DNA of 32,000 bases from Candidatus Heimdallarchaeota archaeon. GTDB lineage: Archaea > Asgardarchaeota > Heimdallarchaeia > Heimdallarchaeales > Heimdallarchaeaceae. The translations under genes were made by a program, and so were the position numbers. The DNA lies in contig BPTO01000004.1 in NCBI GenBank assembly GCA_023705985.1, forward strand, positions 4,275 through 36,274, given 5' to 3'. The notes under the pieces were generated by a model. That model saw nothing but the letters and a program-made list of their open reading frames with translations. It was not told the origin of the DNA and did not search any database. Shown here one piece after another: positions 9,843 through 17,343 of this stretch; position 1 is the stretch's first letter, and every line of letters starts with the position of its first letter.

Positions 9843-10856
9843 CTAATCCCATGCGTGCCCTGCGCTTCCCAAGACTTGGTGATTCTTCTGTGCATACATC
9901 TTGCATAATTCATCGCGTGCAGGACCTAAGTATTTTCGAGGATCGAATTTTGAGGGTTTTTCCGCCAATATCTTTCTAACAATCGCTGTCATAGCTAACC
10001 GACCATCAGAATCAATATTTATTTTGCACACATTGTATTGTATCGCTTTTCTCAGTTGGGATTCAGGAATTCCAACAGCATCTTTCAAAGCTCCACCGTG
10101 ACTATTAATTATTGAAACATATTCTTGGGGTACCGATGAGGAGCCATGCAACACTATTGGAAATCCTGGTAACTTTTTCTCAATCTCTTCGAGAATGTCA
10201 AATCGTAGAGGTGGAGGTACTAAAATACCTTCTTCATTTCGAGTACATTGTTCTGGTTTGAATTTATTTGCCCCATGCGAGGTACCAATCGAAATGGCTA
10301 AACTATCACAACCTGTCTGATTTCTAAACTCAATCACTTCTTCAGGTTTAGTATAATGACTCTTTTCTGCGGAGACATCATCTTCAACTCCTGCGAGTAC
10401 TCCTAATTCACACTCAACAGAAACATAATGGGGTTGGGAATGGGCATATTCTACAACTTGTTTGGAGATTTCAATATTCTTTTCAAAAGGATGATGGCTT
10501 CCATCATACATTACAGAAGAAAATCCCATATCAATACATGATTTGCATATCTTAAAATCCATCCCATGATCTAAATGAAGTGCAATAGGAATAACTTTTC
10601 CATCCTTTTGTAATTCACGTGCGTATTCTACTACGCCTTGCGCCATATAGCGCAAAAGTGTTTGATTTGCATAATTTCGTGCTCCTTTTGATACTTGTAA
10701 AATAACGGGGGATTCCGTTTCGACAGATGCACGAATTATTGCTTGTAGTTGTTCCATATTGTTGAAATTATAGCCTGGAATGGCATATTTCCCCTTTATT
10801 GCTTTAGCAAACATATCTTTAGTGTTTACTAAACCAAGATCTGTATAATCGACCAT
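9843..10856 (-). CDS. fba: class II (metal-dependent) fructose-1,6-bisphosphate aldolase
   Basis: 337 aa. Motifs present: PGYNFNNMEQ, ILQVSKGA, LHLDHG, IGTSHGANKF, VLHGSSSVP. Confidence 0.85.
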   Translation of the reverse strand: MVDYTDLGLVNTKDMFAKAIKGKYAIPGYNFNNMEQLQAIIRASVETESPVILQVSKGARNYANQTLLRYMAQGVVEYARELQKDGKVIPIALHLDHGMDFKICKSCIDMGFSSVMYDGSHHPFEKNIEISKQVVEYAHSQPHYVSVECELGVLAGVEDDVSAEKSHYTKPEEVIEFRNQTGCDSLAISIGTSHGANKFKPEQCTRNEEGILVPPPLRFDILEEIEKKLPGFPIVLHGSSSVPQEYVSIINSHGGALKDAVGIPESQLRKAIQYNVCKINIDSDGRLAMTAIVRKILAEKPSKFDPRKYLGPARDELCKMYAQKNHQVLGSAGHAWD

Positions 10857-11141
10857 GTTTAGTTCCTCAAATAAAATCTATTCTAAGTAATAGGGTGCAG
10901 AATCTACAAATAAACATTGTTAATTGAATTCGGATAAAGAAGCTTAGAATTAGAAGATAGTTTTTCGCTCTTCTATCTTTATGATCTCAAATTCTCCCCT
11001 AAATTTATACTTTTGGTGATACACTGATTAGCTCAGTCAAAAAGAAAACGGATGGAAAAAAGATGAAAAGAACAGAAACCAAAGAAAAACTAATAAACAA
11101 TAAAAAACAAAAGAGTAACAAGAGCACAGTAGGAAGAAAAA

Positions 11142-11675
11142 ATGGTAAGCTACAAATATACTTTCAAAATGCTACTACTAGGAGATGGAGCAGTAGGAAA
11201 AACATCACTAGTGCAGAGATTTATACACGGGAAATTTCAGTCAGGATACTTGATGACGATTGGTATGGAGCCATATTCGTTTTTTGCTGATATTGGTGAC
11301 ACTAAGGTTTGTTTACAACTTTGGGATATTGCTGGTCAAGATCGTTTTGCTTCTATGCGCCAAATTTTCTTTAAAGGTAGTTTGGGTGCCTTAGTTACCT
11401 ATGATATTACTCGTCGTCAATCTTTTGATAACCTTAAAACTTGGATCAATGAAGCTCGCTCTGAGAGCCCTCGTATCATGCTTATGTTAGCTGGTAATAA
11501 AATCGATCTTGATGATCTTCGTGATGTCTCCACTGAAGAAGGCGCAAAATTTGCCAAAGACAATGGTATGATAGGTTTTATCGAAACTTCTGCTAAGAGA
11601 GGCGATAATGTTCCAGATGCCTTTTTATCCATGGGTGAAGCTATTTTACGAAGCATTGAGAAAAAGATAGCTTAA
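11142..11675 (+). CDS. Rab/Ras-like small GTPase
   Basis: 177 aa. G1 is GDGAVGKTS, switch I is TIG, G3 is WDIAGQ, G4 is GNKID and G5 is ETSAK. There is no C-terminal Cys (the protein ends SIEKKIA). Confidence 0.85.
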   Translation: MVSYKYTFKMLLLGDGAVGKTSLVQRFIHGKFQSGYLMTIGMEPYSFFADIGDTKVCLQLWDIAGQDRFASMRQIFFKGSLGALVTYDITRRQSFDNLKTWINEARSESPRIMLMLAGNKIDLDDLRDVSTEEGAKFAKDNGMIGFIETSAKRGDNVPDAFLSMGEAILRSIEKKIA

Positions 11676-11739
11676 TATAACTTCTATAATTGTTTTCCTA
11701 AGCCTCCTTCCTTTATTTGTGTTATTATGCACTTTAATT

Positions 11740-12222
11740 TCATACTTTTTTAGCCTTTTCTCCCAGCTGTTGTCTAATTCTTCTGGAGCTAATGATTATT
11801 CCTTTTTCATCGTAAACAAAAGGTACAACCAGAATTAGCAGATGATCTAGCCCGTTTAAATTTCGCAGTTTGTTAATTTCTACTGCTGTAGGGTAAGTTT
11901 CTTCTGTAGCTATTATGGCCTCTATATATTGATCTGTTAAAGCTGGACCATATCTATCATGAATTTTCATTGTTCGATGTTTTTGACATCCTCGTTCTTC
12001 AAGAAACAGTTGAACATTTCTTTCTCTTACTTCAAAAGGCTGAAGCAGATGAATAAATTTATCATTTCTACGCATTTTTCTTGCGAAACTTTCAGATGTT
12101 ATTCCAACTCTAACATATTTAGAAATACTTATAGCTGCCTCCAATACCGCTTTATGACCAAGATGAAGATGATCAAATGTTCCTCCAAGAATAACTTCAT
12201 CTAACCAAGTCACGCGAAACAC
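11740..12222 (-). CDS. coaD: phosphopantetheine adenylyltransferase, archaeal/eukaryotic type (cytidylyltransferase fold)
   Basis: 160 aa with a GTG start. The nucleotidyltransferase motif GGTFDHLHLGH and the C-terminal ISSRRIR motif are present. Confidence 0.75.
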   Translation of the reverse strand: MFRVTWLDEVILGGTFDHLHLGHKAVLEAAISISKYVRVGITSESFARKMRRNDKFIHLLQPFEVRERNVQLFLEERGCQKHRTMKIHDRYGPALTDQYIEAIIATEETYPTAVEINKLRNLNGLDHLLILVVPFVYDEKGIIISSRRIRQQLGEKAKKV

Positions 12223-12370
12223 CTAAACTGGTTTAAAATAAATTGCTCGTGTCTTTAAATGTTCGCTATTGACTTTGATTTGTTAGAAAAGTAAAATACT
12301 TACTTAAATTCTCTTAGAATCTTCTAAAACTAGCACTAAACTCTTGCACTAAATAGTGTTAAAAGAAATG

Positions 12371-12379
12371 TTTTTAAGG
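12371..12379 (+). promoter_or_regulatory. candidate TATA box (TTTTTAAGG) preceded by an A-rich BRE-like stretch, upstream of the 5S-like RNA locus
   Basis: This is the only TATA-like element just upstream of the GC-rich RNA island. It would place transcription initiation near 12400. Confidence 0.25.
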
Positions 12380-12450
12380 AAACAACCATTCTCCCGGTTA
12401 GTCACATCTCAACGATGTCAGTAAGTATCTGGATGCGTTCCGGATGCACA

Positions 12451-12578
<128 letters not shown>

Positions 12579-12599
12579 ACCGCTGAGAGAAAGACGATC

Positions 12600-12604
12600 T
12601 TTTT
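12600..12604 (+). terminator. oligo-T (T5) archaeal-type termination signal downstream of the 5S-like RNA
   Basis: cTTTTTc lies about 25 nt after the last 5S-like nucleotide. Confidence 0.35.
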
Positions 12605-12699
12605 CTACAATAGTTTTTGAAATCATAATTGATTTACATCCAACTCTAATCTATCTATAAAAACTCTAAACTTACTTAGTTTCGTTAGAAAGTAAGAAT

Positions 12700-12789
12700 T
12701 GGTGCCCCGAGCCGGATTTGAACCGGCGCCTAAGGATGTCTGCTCGGAGAGAACCACAGTCCTCAATTCTGCGACTATACTATCGGAGC
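12700..12789 (-). tRNA. tRNA-His(GUG) with a 16-nt canonical (37/38) intron and an encoded CCA
   Basis: The reverse complement is GCUCCGA-UA-GUAU-AGUCGCA-GAAU-U-GAGGA-CUGUGG[UUCUCUCCGAGCAGAC]A-UCCUU-AGGC-GCCGG-UUCAAAU-CCGGC-UCGGGGC-A-CCA. The 7-bp acceptor stem, 5-bp T stem with a UUCAAAU loop and 5-bp anticodon stem are all good. CUGU (32-35) pairs with intron GCAG, giving a 4-bp helix flanked by 3-nt bulges (a BHB). The D stem is weak: G10.U25, U11-A24, an A12xA23 mismatch and U13.G22. Confidence 0.75.
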
Positions 12790-12804
12790 TTTTTTTACTA
12801 TTTT

Positions 12805-12814
12805 AATTTAAATT
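12805..12814 (-). promoter_or_regulatory. candidate TATA box (AATTTAAATT) upstream of tRNA-His
   Basis: A palindromic AT element centred about 20 nt upstream of the mature tRNA 5' end. Confidence 0.25.
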
Positions 12815-12959
12815 GGTCTCCCTTTCTTTATTTTGTTATTTGTTCTTCTTTTCTTTTTAAGACTTGCTGTTTGAAACTTCATGATAGTAACGCTGTTATG
12901 CTTATTTTTAGTTCTCCTTAAGAGAGATTTTTAAATACTGAACTTCTTTACTTTTATTG

Positions 12960-13430
12960 ATGTCATCAGGTAAACTAATTATTCAATTGCATAATTTTAG
13001 CAGTATTCAACTTTGTCGCGATTTTATGAAAAGTGCGACTGGTCTAGGTTCTCGTGATATTGTCTTTTCTAAAGCAAGTGGTGCTGCTTCCTCTTCAGGT
13101 GTCCCCATTGCTCAAAAAATTGCTTACTCTCAGAAAGTTAATTTTCTTTATTTTCAAGATATTTCTGATACTATCGAGTTGCTTTCTCCTGATGAAGTTT
13201 ATCTTTTCATTCGTCGTCCCTTTTCCAAAGAAATATTTGATTCCAAGTCCATAAGTGAATCGTACTCTGATGGAAAAACCATTCTTCTCGTTTTTGGGGG
13301 AGCTGAACCAGGTTTATCAAAGAAAGATTTAGATCATGGTACAGCTATCTACTTTGATAAAATTAACGAAATAGGTTGCCTTGGTGAACTAACCTTATCT
13401 CTTTATCTTATACGAAAAGAAATCGAATGA
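12960..13430 (+). CDS. hypothetical protein, possibly a SPOUT-superfamily (trefoil-knot methyltransferase-like) protein
   Basis: About 156 aa from the ATG at 12960 (the ORF track starts at TTG 12957). The C-terminal LLVFGGAEPGLSKKDL...IGCLGELTLSLYLI resembles the SPOUT knot region (vfGxExxGLsxxxl...sLnvsxAxxIxLY). This is a weak call. Confidence 0.35.
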   Translation: MSSGKLIIQLHNFSSIQLCRDFMKSATGLGSRDIVFSKASGAASSSGVPIAQKIAYSQKVNFLYFQDISDTIELLSPDEVYLFIRRPFSKEIFDSKSISESYSDGKTILLVFGGAEPGLSKKDLDHGTAIYFDKINEIGCLGELTLSLYLIRKEIE

Positions 13431-13447
13431 GATTTCTAAAAGCGATA

Positions 13448-13978
13448 TTAATCCTCTTTTTCAATCATCATATTAACTATGGTCTGGAAAGCCTTTTCCG
13501 CATTATTTCCACTTTTTGCCGAAGTAAAAAGAAAAGTTGCATTTTTGTGTTTTTCAACTATTTGTTTCATATCTGTTTCTGTGATTTCTAGTTCTGCTAA
13601 ATCGTTTTTATTCGCTATAAAAACAATAGGTTGATCACCGACAACTTCTCTAAAAGAATCAACCCAAGATGTGAGATTTTCGAATGTAATCCTCTTAGAA
13701 GCGTCACAAACTGCTAAAGCTCCCTCACTACCATAATAATATTTGCTCCTTATTTGTTTAAATACTTCTTGCCCTCCTACATCCCATAAACTTAGTGTAA
13801 CAGTTCTATCTGCGTACTCAACATCTTTTTTCATTATGGTTGTTCCTAAGGTTATTTGGTATGTTGGGTTAAAGAGACCTGTCACAAATCGTTTAATAAG
13901 CGATGTTTTACCTACCCTTGCATCACCGATTAGGACTACTTTTTTTATGATTTGACTTTTCATAATTTTCTGTCCCAT
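13448..13978 (-). CDS. Rab/Ras-like small GTPase
   Basis: 176 aa. G1 is GDARVGKTS, switch I is TLG, G3 is WDVGGQ, G4 is ANKND and G5 is TSAK. There is no C-terminal Cys. Confidence 0.85.
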   Translation of the reverse strand: MGQKIMKSQIIKKVVLIGDARVGKTSLIKRFVTGLFNPTYQITLGTTIMKKDVEYADRTVTLSLWDVGGQEVFKQIRSKYYYGSEGALAVCDASKRITFENLTSWVDSFREVVGDQPIVFIANKNDLAELEITETDMKQIVEKHKNATFLFTSAKSGNNAEKAFQTIVNMMIEKED

Positions 13979-14032
13979 ACAGATATTTAGTTACTATTAT
14001 TAATGAACATATCTATCTCTATACAATGGTTC

Positions 14033-14875
14033 TTAGTAAAAAACTACTGAACCATAACCTACTACTTGGTTTTTAATTCCTGAAGAATCTCCCGATGTCG
14101 CATATTTCAAGATTTTTCCAGAAGATCTTCCCATTCTTTTTGCTGATTCAATTGTTACACCAATTGGTCCATGACCACACATTGAGACATTCAAATCCAA
14201 TTTTATATCATATAACTTCTTTGTATCCATGTCTTCTACAGCTTGAAGCACTTGCAAATCTTGTTCTTTTGCTTTTTCATGAGTCTCATAATGTGTCAAA
14301 TCTGAAGAAGCAATAATCACAATATCTTCTTTTTCACACACTTTTGCCAATATTTCGCCCAATATTAAGCAAACTTCATAGCTTTGGTTTATTAAACCAA
14401 TAGGAATAAGTTTGAAAGGTTCATTGTAAATGTACTGTAAAAATGGTAATTGCACTTCAATCGAGTGTTCTCTTTGATGAGCTAAATCGTTCCTTTTTAC
14501 TAAAGGATAAATATCCGCGATTTTATCTATAAGTTTATGATTTATTTCTACTGAACCAAAAGGAGTTTCCCACGTTTCAACCTTTTCAGGTAAAGCAATC
14601 TCTGGTCCGATCCCATGATGGTTTGGTCCAATAATGATAACTGTCTGTGGTTGTTGGAATTTGCTTAGTTCCAAATAACTCCAACTAGCAACAGGTCCGC
14701 TATACATATATCCGGCATGGGGAACTACAAAGAAAGGTTTAAGTCCGTCTTTTTTTTCATTCTTTGGAAGTTCTCCTGGTCCTAAATGGCAAGTAAAGGA
14801 CGATTCTATTTCTTTTATTAAAGCTTCTTCATCTCTAGGATAAAAAGTTCCTGCAACTTGAGCGCGTCGTATCAT
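14033..14875 (-). CDS. MEMO1-family protein (AmmeMemoRadiSam system protein B type)
   Basis: VAGTFYP near the N-terminus, then VVPHAGYMYSG, IIIGPNHHG, EHSIEVQLPFLQ, SSDLTHY and CGHGPI. I prefer the ATG at 14875 (MIRRAQVAGTFYP) to the TTG at 14899. Confidence 0.8.
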   Translation of the reverse strand: MIRRAQVAGTFYPRDEEALIKEIESSFTCHLGPGELPKNEKKDGLKPFFVVPHAGYMYSGPVASWSYLELSKFQQPQTVIIIGPNHHGIGPEIALPEKVETWETPFGSVEINHKLIDKIADIYPLVKRNDLAHQREHSIEVQLPFLQYIYNEPFKLIPIGLINQSYEVCLILGEILAKVCEKEDIVIIASSDLTHYETHEKAKEQDLQVLQAVEDMDTKKLYDIKLDLNVSMCGHGPIGVTIESAKRMGRSSGKILKYATSGDSSGIKNQVVGYGSVVFY

Positions 14876-14973
14876 TAACAATAACTTTATCTTTCTCAAT
14901 AAAAAATCTATCCCTCAAAGCATTGATTTAACTGAATAGTGCAGAAGTCCCCATCCTTTAGATAGGGGGCAGT

Positions 14974-17343
14974 TCATGGAATGATGTGATAGTCAAGTTG
15001 CATATCATTCATTAAAGTGAGTATATATCTTGCTCTGTCGGATTTTAGATGAACTCCATTTATTTGTTTAATTTGTATAGTCTTTTTACCGTTTTTCTTT
15101 GTCTTATTGTAAAAATCACTAATTGCAGTCAACATTAGCATTAATGTATGATTGTCTTCATATCCTGCCAAAAGTTCTATGTTGTTAATATATTCAATTC
15201 CCTCTGCTTTTTTCATATGTAATGCGGCGAAAGGAAGTCCATTAATTAGCATTAATTCACCATATTCTGAGGGTAAAGACCTTTGAAACAGAGTCCTTGT
15301 TTTAAATTTTTGAAGTAGAAAAGAACGATATAAAACTAGCAAAGGATCGGCTCTTGGTAAATAGATTATCTCACTTTCTTCTATCTCGGGAACCTCACTT
15401 TCTTCTATCTCGGGAACCTCACTTTCTTGTTTGTAAAGAAAACCTGTTAAACTCTCCTCTATTTCTTTTGTAGTGTATTGAGCATCATTTTCTTCTTCTA
15501 TAAAACGACCTGATCTTACTCCTTTTGATGCAATAAGCTCCCTTAAATAGATTTCAACTTGTGTGTTTGATAAACCTGTAATGTTTGCAATTTGCCTGAT
15601 GGATAAAGGTAGATTGGTAGAAAGAATTCTATGAAGAATTTCTAACCATGCATCTCTTTGAGAAGAGATACTTTTTACCTGTGTGTTTTTTAGATAGTCT
15701 AAAACAGGATACCACACTATTTGATTAGATGAGGTTTTACCTTGTATAATTTCATTTGCATCTTCAAGTCTACTTAAAGTTGCTAAAATCACTCTATCTG
15801 ATAATCTCAATCCTTCTCTAAGTTGCTTAAAATTGACCTTACCTTTTTGTTGTATGAAGTTAAGAGCTTTTTCCTCGAAAACACCAATCGATTTTGTGAC
15901 ACGTAATTTAGAATATAGAATATAGTCTGACGCCAAGATTAAACCTCGAGAGAAACCACCAAATTTTCCTATGGCAATCTGTTTACTTACTTGAAGATTA
16001 GTGATGATATTTTCCTTTCCTCTACTTGTCCTAACTTTAAGTGAATTTATTGGAAGAGGAACACCGATGTTTCTTATACCTTTGATAAGCTCCTGTTTAG
16101 TCTTAAATTCACTTTTCCTATTGAGATATTGAAGGTCATGAATAAATGGAAAAACATCTATCCAAGATATTCTTTTGCTTGTTTCTTGAGGAACTTTAAC
16201 GTGTGATAGACTAGTAGTTAACTCAGAACCTCTTGAAATGAAACTTCTCTTTTTTAGTTGTTCATAGAAAAGTTTAGCTTGATTTTCTAAAGCTTCTGAC
16301 TGTGTTTTTGGAAAAACCAGTATTTTCCCTTGGTTCTCTGCAAACTCTTTTACTTTTTTGATTATTTCTTCTTCATAATATGAATATTGACTTGTTTTTA
16401 GCAGATTCTGAACGTGTAAATCGTCATTAATAACCTTATAATCAAAGGAACAGATAGGCAATCCTGATATCATTATTAATATTCTTCTGGTGTCATCCAT
16501 TATAGCAAAATCAGCAGAAGACCAATATCTAACTAGTGGATCATTTGCTGGTAAAAGTTGAAACTCAACATTTTCATTCGTTTCGTACAACTCAATGTAC
16601 TGTTCTAGATGCTCCAGTTCATCTGTTGTTATAAAAGCTTCATAACTTGAATTTTCAATAAAATACCCTCTTATTACTCTCTCTGTTTCATAAAGATCTA
16701 TCAAGCTAGTACTTACTCTACCTCCTGAGAGATTTAGAACTTTCATAACTTGAGGTACAGTTATTGGTCCAAAACTTTTGATAATTTGAAAAACCATTTC
16801 AGTTATAGCTGTTGAACGGCTCATTGTACCTTCATGTAAAAGTGATTCAGAGTCGTTTATTGTCCACTTTGAACCATCATAAAACATGAATATCTGGTAG
16901 TTTTCTCGTAACTCAGCAAGTATTTCCATAATTGTTTCTCTTTGTAAACCAAATTTACTTACAATCTTCTGACGTGTTGTAATATATTGTTCCTTAATGA
17001 ATTCCAGAACTGACCTAGTTTCAGGTATTTTGTATTCAATATTGTCTTTTAAATTGCTGAAATAAAAAAATGGAAGCAAATCTTTGCTAACATATGTAAG
17101 CTTTTTCTCGATGAAGGGAGCTTGAACTATAAGCTTATTCTTGATTAGAGAATGAATAAGAGAACTGGAAAAAGTTCTCATACATGCATAAAGTGATTCT
17201 GAATCTTGGAAAAATGCAAGATTCTTAGAAATCGATATAGCATGCTTGTAGTTAATACCCATGTGTTGTTTTGTTAGGTTTTGTTTTTCAGCGAGATATC
17301 TTGCTAATTGTTCAAGAGACAGGCTAACATTTTCCTTTGTCAT
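14974..17343 (-). CDS. multi-winged-helix protein built of Lhr-CTD/AlkZ(YcaQ)-like modules, translationally coupled to lhr
   Basis: 789 aa. Its ATG (17343-17341) directly abuts the TAA of the upstream lhr. It contains wHTH-like segments (FGPITVPQVMKVL..VIRGYFIEN, KGKVNFKQLREGL, LSIRQIANITGLS..VRSGRFIEE). It also has two (L/Y)LPxxDPL...xxIxGxP/beta-barrel-like segments (LLPANDPLVRYW..IMISGLPICSFDY and YLPRADPLLVLY..LMLINGLPFAALH..IQIKQINGV). These resemble the modules repeated in the Lhr C-terminal extension. Confidence 0.6.
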   Translation of the reverse strand: MTKENVSLSLEQLARYLAEKQNLTKQHMGINYKHAISISKNLAFFQDSESLYACMRTFSSSLIHSLIKNKLIVQAPFIEKKLTYVSKDLLPFFYFSNLKDNIEYKIPETRSVLEFIKEQYITTRQKIVSKFGLQRETIMEILAELRENYQIFMFYDGSKWTINDSESLLHEGTMSRSTAITEMVFQIIKSFGPITVPQVMKVLNLSGGRVSTSLIDLYETERVIRGYFIENSSYEAFITTDELEHLEQYIELYETNENVEFQLLPANDPLVRYWSSADFAIMDDTRRILIMISGLPICSFDYKVINDDLHVQNLLKTSQYSYYEEEIIKKVKEFAENQGKILVFPKTQSEALENQAKLFYEQLKKRSFISRGSELTTSLSHVKVPQETSKRISWIDVFPFIHDLQYLNRKSEFKTKQELIKGIRNIGVPLPINSLKVRTSRGKENIITNLQVSKQIAIGKFGGFSRGLILASDYILYSKLRVTKSIGVFEEKALNFIQQKGKVNFKQLREGLRLSDRVILATLSRLEDANEIIQGKTSSNQIVWYPVLDYLKNTQVKSISSQRDAWLEILHRILSTNLPLSIRQIANITGLSNTQVEIYLRELIASKGVRSGRFIEEENDAQYTTKEIEESLTGFLYKQESEVPEIEESEVPEIEESEIIYLPRADPLLVLYRSFLLQKFKTRTLFQRSLPSEYGELMLINGLPFAALHMKKAEGIEYINNIELLAGYEDNHTLMLMLTAISDFYNKTKKNGKKTIQIKQINGVHLKSDRARYILTLMNDMQLDYHIIP
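15371..15428. repeat. 24-nt perfect tandem repeat (about 2.4 copies) inside the 789-aa CDS, encoding ESEVPEIE repeats
   Basis: tcactttcttctatctcgggaacc occurs at 15371-15394 and again at 15395-15418, followed by a partial third copy at 15419-15428. The repeat is in frame (a multiple of 3). Confidence 0.9.

Noticed and set aside
10951-10975. 7-bp perfect inverted repeat TAGAAGA-N11-TCTTCTA in the fba / GTPase divergent intergenic region
   Set aside because: It is short and AT-rich, so chance occurrence is likely. It could be a regulator site, but nothing else supports that.
11063-11290. 75-aa Lys-rich ORF overlapping the start of the Rab-like GTPase
   Set aside because: It is an out-of-frame overlap with a strongly supported GTPase CDS, and the A-rich leader gives a poly-Lys/Asn artefact.
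12718-12921. 67-aa ORF on the plus strand
   Set aside because: It starts inside the tRNA-His gene on the opposite strand and runs through a low-complexity T-rich intergenic region, so it is not credible as coding.
14949-14969. Small GC hairpin (CCCCATC ... GATAGGGG) just downstream of the 789-aa CDS stop
   Set aside because: It is imperfect (one bulge), and to my knowledge archaeal termination relies mainly on oligo-T tracts. That is not enough to call it a terminator or regulatory element.
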